A stretch of DNA of 64,000 nucleotides from Phallusia mammillata (taxonomy: Eukaryota): positions 24,304,001 to 24,368,000 of the forward strand of contig OZ281494.1 of the NCBI GenBank assembly GCA_965637545.1, in the 5' to 3' direction. How positions within the stretch are numbered: position 1 is the first letter of the stretch; the number at the start of each line of letters is the position of its first letter. Shown piece by piece: positions 61,284-64,000 of the stretch. Position numbers and translations under genes: made by a program. The notes below the pieces were generated by a model. That model made no database searches and had not been told where the DNA came from. It worked only from the letters and a program-made list of their open reading frames with translations.

Positions 61284-64000
61284 GATTCTTTCTTCAGGCT
61301 TTTTGCGGAATCTCAAACACATAAAATACTCTACGTCGATAGTTGTAATAATAAACACTGAAAAACAGACCTCGTTTGTTGTAAAAGTAGTGCCGCAGTA
61401 TAACGTTGCGTATGTAAGCATTTAAAAGGTATATCAATTGTCTCTATGACTGTGGCTGCTGATGTAATAACTTACGTGTATTACTTTGCACAGTAAAGCG
61501 ACCTTTTGTTTTTCGTTAGTTTAAAAAAACTGTACAAAATATTTGAAAGTCATCTAAAATGAGTGAAATCTGTTAATTGCACATCTGTCGGCAAGCTTGA
61601 ATTCATTTAAACTAAACATCACTAAGTAAGCCGCAAAAAAAACGACTGTAACAATCTGGACCCCACGCCTCAAATCACTGTCACACCAACAGCTTTAACT
61701 GAACATTATGTCGATTCCCCGTTTTTCTAATTCCCTTTTTTTTCCCTCTCGATTCGAGAGAGTTTTGTTACAGCATTTGTTCAGCCCATCGCCGTTTAAC
61801 TCTTTTATAATTCTGCCTAATTTTACAACCATAAACGCAATTTATTGTATAGTATGATATAGTTTGTACAGTCTACCATATTTTACAAAACGCACAGAGT
61901 TGGGTGATGTCATCAAACATAAGAAACCTTGCTATCAGTCAGTCAAACAAAACAACAATACTGACAAGCAATTCTTACTGCCTTTGTAAACGATTTACAT
62001 ATTCATGCCTTGAAACACCTGCCATTTAATGGTTAACTAAAGACGAAGGAATATCATTTGAACCTAATCACATCCATAAACCTTTCACTACAAAATGAAG
62101 ATCGCTTTTTTTAGAAACGGTCTCGAGACATGGATTCGTAGCTACTTGTCAAAATAGTTGCACTGTTGGCCGGCGACTGACCAAGCAAGAGTACACGTGT
62201 GTAAATATTTAATCAAAGTTTTCCAGTGTTTGCTTTTTTCCAGTAAAAAGTATTTCGTCAGTTTTTGTTACAAACCCAGTTTTACCGTTTTTCTGTCACG
62301 ACATAATTAACGCACTACAAAGAGCAATACCTTTTGCCATTACGCAATACGCATATGCTTATAATTGTATACTTTAAGACATACATTAACACTTTAAAAC
62401 GTTTTGTCAGAAATCACTGAAACCGGGTGATTCACAGTGAAACAACGTTGCTAAGCTAAGCTGCATGCAAAAACTGAAAACGTTGTATTTACCGTATAGT
62501 TCCTATCACAAAGGACACCTATTTTATGACATGACATATACAATACCTTCAAAACAGCTGTAAAAGCTATTAAAAGGGCATATAGCGTCAAACAGAACAA
62601 AACACTGTTGTTACCTATTCGTTAACATTGTCTTTTCGGGACTGCAAATGCCTTTGTGCTAAATAGTCGACTTATACTGCCACGCCTCTTTGTCCCGTGC
62701 AACATCTTGGCAACCAAACGGATATCCAGTTTGCAACAGTCAAAAAGAAATGGCACAACTATCGAAGCCAGTCGTTTCGTGATACAGTACTTACTATACT
62801 GATTAAAGGTTAAAGGCTACGATGTTAATTTCTACATATTGATGAAGTGATAAAGGTGCACTGAACGTTCCAGCCTTACTTCATGCATGTTTGTTTTCAC
62901 GAACAAATTGCAATGCCTTGACATGGTGACTTTGATGTGCAACTAGGCCTACTTGTCATGCACCTTCCAAGTACCGAAAATACATTGCGACCACAAAAAC
63001 GTTTACGCGATGCATGTTAATAATGTTGGATTTTGGTTTTCTAAAACTATTGGATATGCAACACGGCATGTCCCTGAATGTTGCTAGACTGTCTTGTCCA
63101 ATATAAATGAAAAGAAGAACAAGCTAATCATGTATGCACCGGTCACCTTTTGTTTTTTCTTAGTTTAGTTCGTGACGTTGAAGCAAGGGCGGAAATAACC
63201 TTGTTAGTCATAATCTTTGCTCACAGGATTGATTCTTTGCAAAAACAGATGATTGTTATTATTGTGGTTAGTCATTTAAAGCTAACTTAACCTGGTGCAT
63301 CACTATTTATTTTAATACATAGGCTATATCTGCACATTCAGGTTAAAGGAAGTTGAAGAAGTTTCGCTGCAGTACTTCAAAACACAGAAGGCATGTAGTA
63401 TTTCCTTTAACCAGGACGAACGTATCAATAATCTTCATATTTCGCTCCAATATACCATCTTTGAGGTTAACATGTTCCCTGTTTATTGCTTTAAAAAATG
63501 AGGTATTTACAACAACATATTTTTCCTCAAAGCTATCCATCTTATGGGTGCCTGACTTTACATATACCTTGAACACGCACTGCATGTAAACTATTACACT
63601 GCGCTGCAGGGGAAACAGTAGACTAAATATCAACCAAGTTGAACTTATAATACATTGAGTTTGCTGGCCTTTCAATGGAAGTCGCCAACAATTTGGGGCT
63701 TTGTAACCGCGGCATCCTCGTTCAAATGAAACTTCCTTTCGTATTCTGCAGTTGATTTTATTGTTCCAGAGGCGGGGCCCGATTAAGCTCTTTAGAGGCC
63801 CATAAGCAGCTGAAACTTTGTATATACTGTTGAGTACATTGAGTGTTTAGTACATTGAGCATGAATATTGAAATAAGTGATGTTGCAATATTTACATTCG
63901 GACAATGCGGCATCAACTGTAAGATTGATATTTTATGGTAACCTTATACACTGAGACACCACTAAAAATTGGAATATGAACACTTTCTGTGGTGTACCCC

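Noticed and set aside
63343-63675. 110-aa minus-strand ORF upstream of SCGN
   Set aside because: TTG start and no recognisable family. It might be a terminal exon (AATAAA near 63306) but this cannot be supported from this window.

Overview
AT-rich, intron-containing (GT-AG) animal genomic DNA. The compact short-intron genes, the gene set and a probable operon suggest an ascidian/tunicate; this is inference, not a database match. Six protein-coding loci can be assembled exon by exon with consistent intron phases: (1) an ARSB/ARSI/ARSJ-type arylsulfatase (minus, runs off the left edge) that appears to lack the catalytic CxPSR region; (2) an 18-exon, ~813-aa MGxxxS-BTB-BTB-BACK-Kelch gene (+); (3) a 2-coding-exon class A peptide/chemoattractant-type GPCR (minus) with nearly all activation microswitches lost and a long acidic Tyr-rich ECL2; (4) PRPF31 (minus, 10 exons); (5) intronless RCL1 (minus), ending only ~320 bp upstream of PRPF31, a candidate SL-trans-spliced operon; (6) secretagogin (minus, 10 exons). 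A ~26-kb stretch with no recognisable exon lies upstream of the GPCR. Introns and intergenic DNA hold many non-autonomous hAT MITEs (several with perfect 8-bp TSDs, including a 4-layer and a 3-element nest) and one 1.8-kb TA-flanked pogo/Tigger-like element. No rRNA, tRNA or CRISPR features were seen. Most short ORFs in the supplied track are spurious or partial exons. The best candidates for novelty are the atypical GPCR, the double-BTB Kelch protein, the in-frame catalytically deleted sulfatase and the RCL1-PRPF31 operon.
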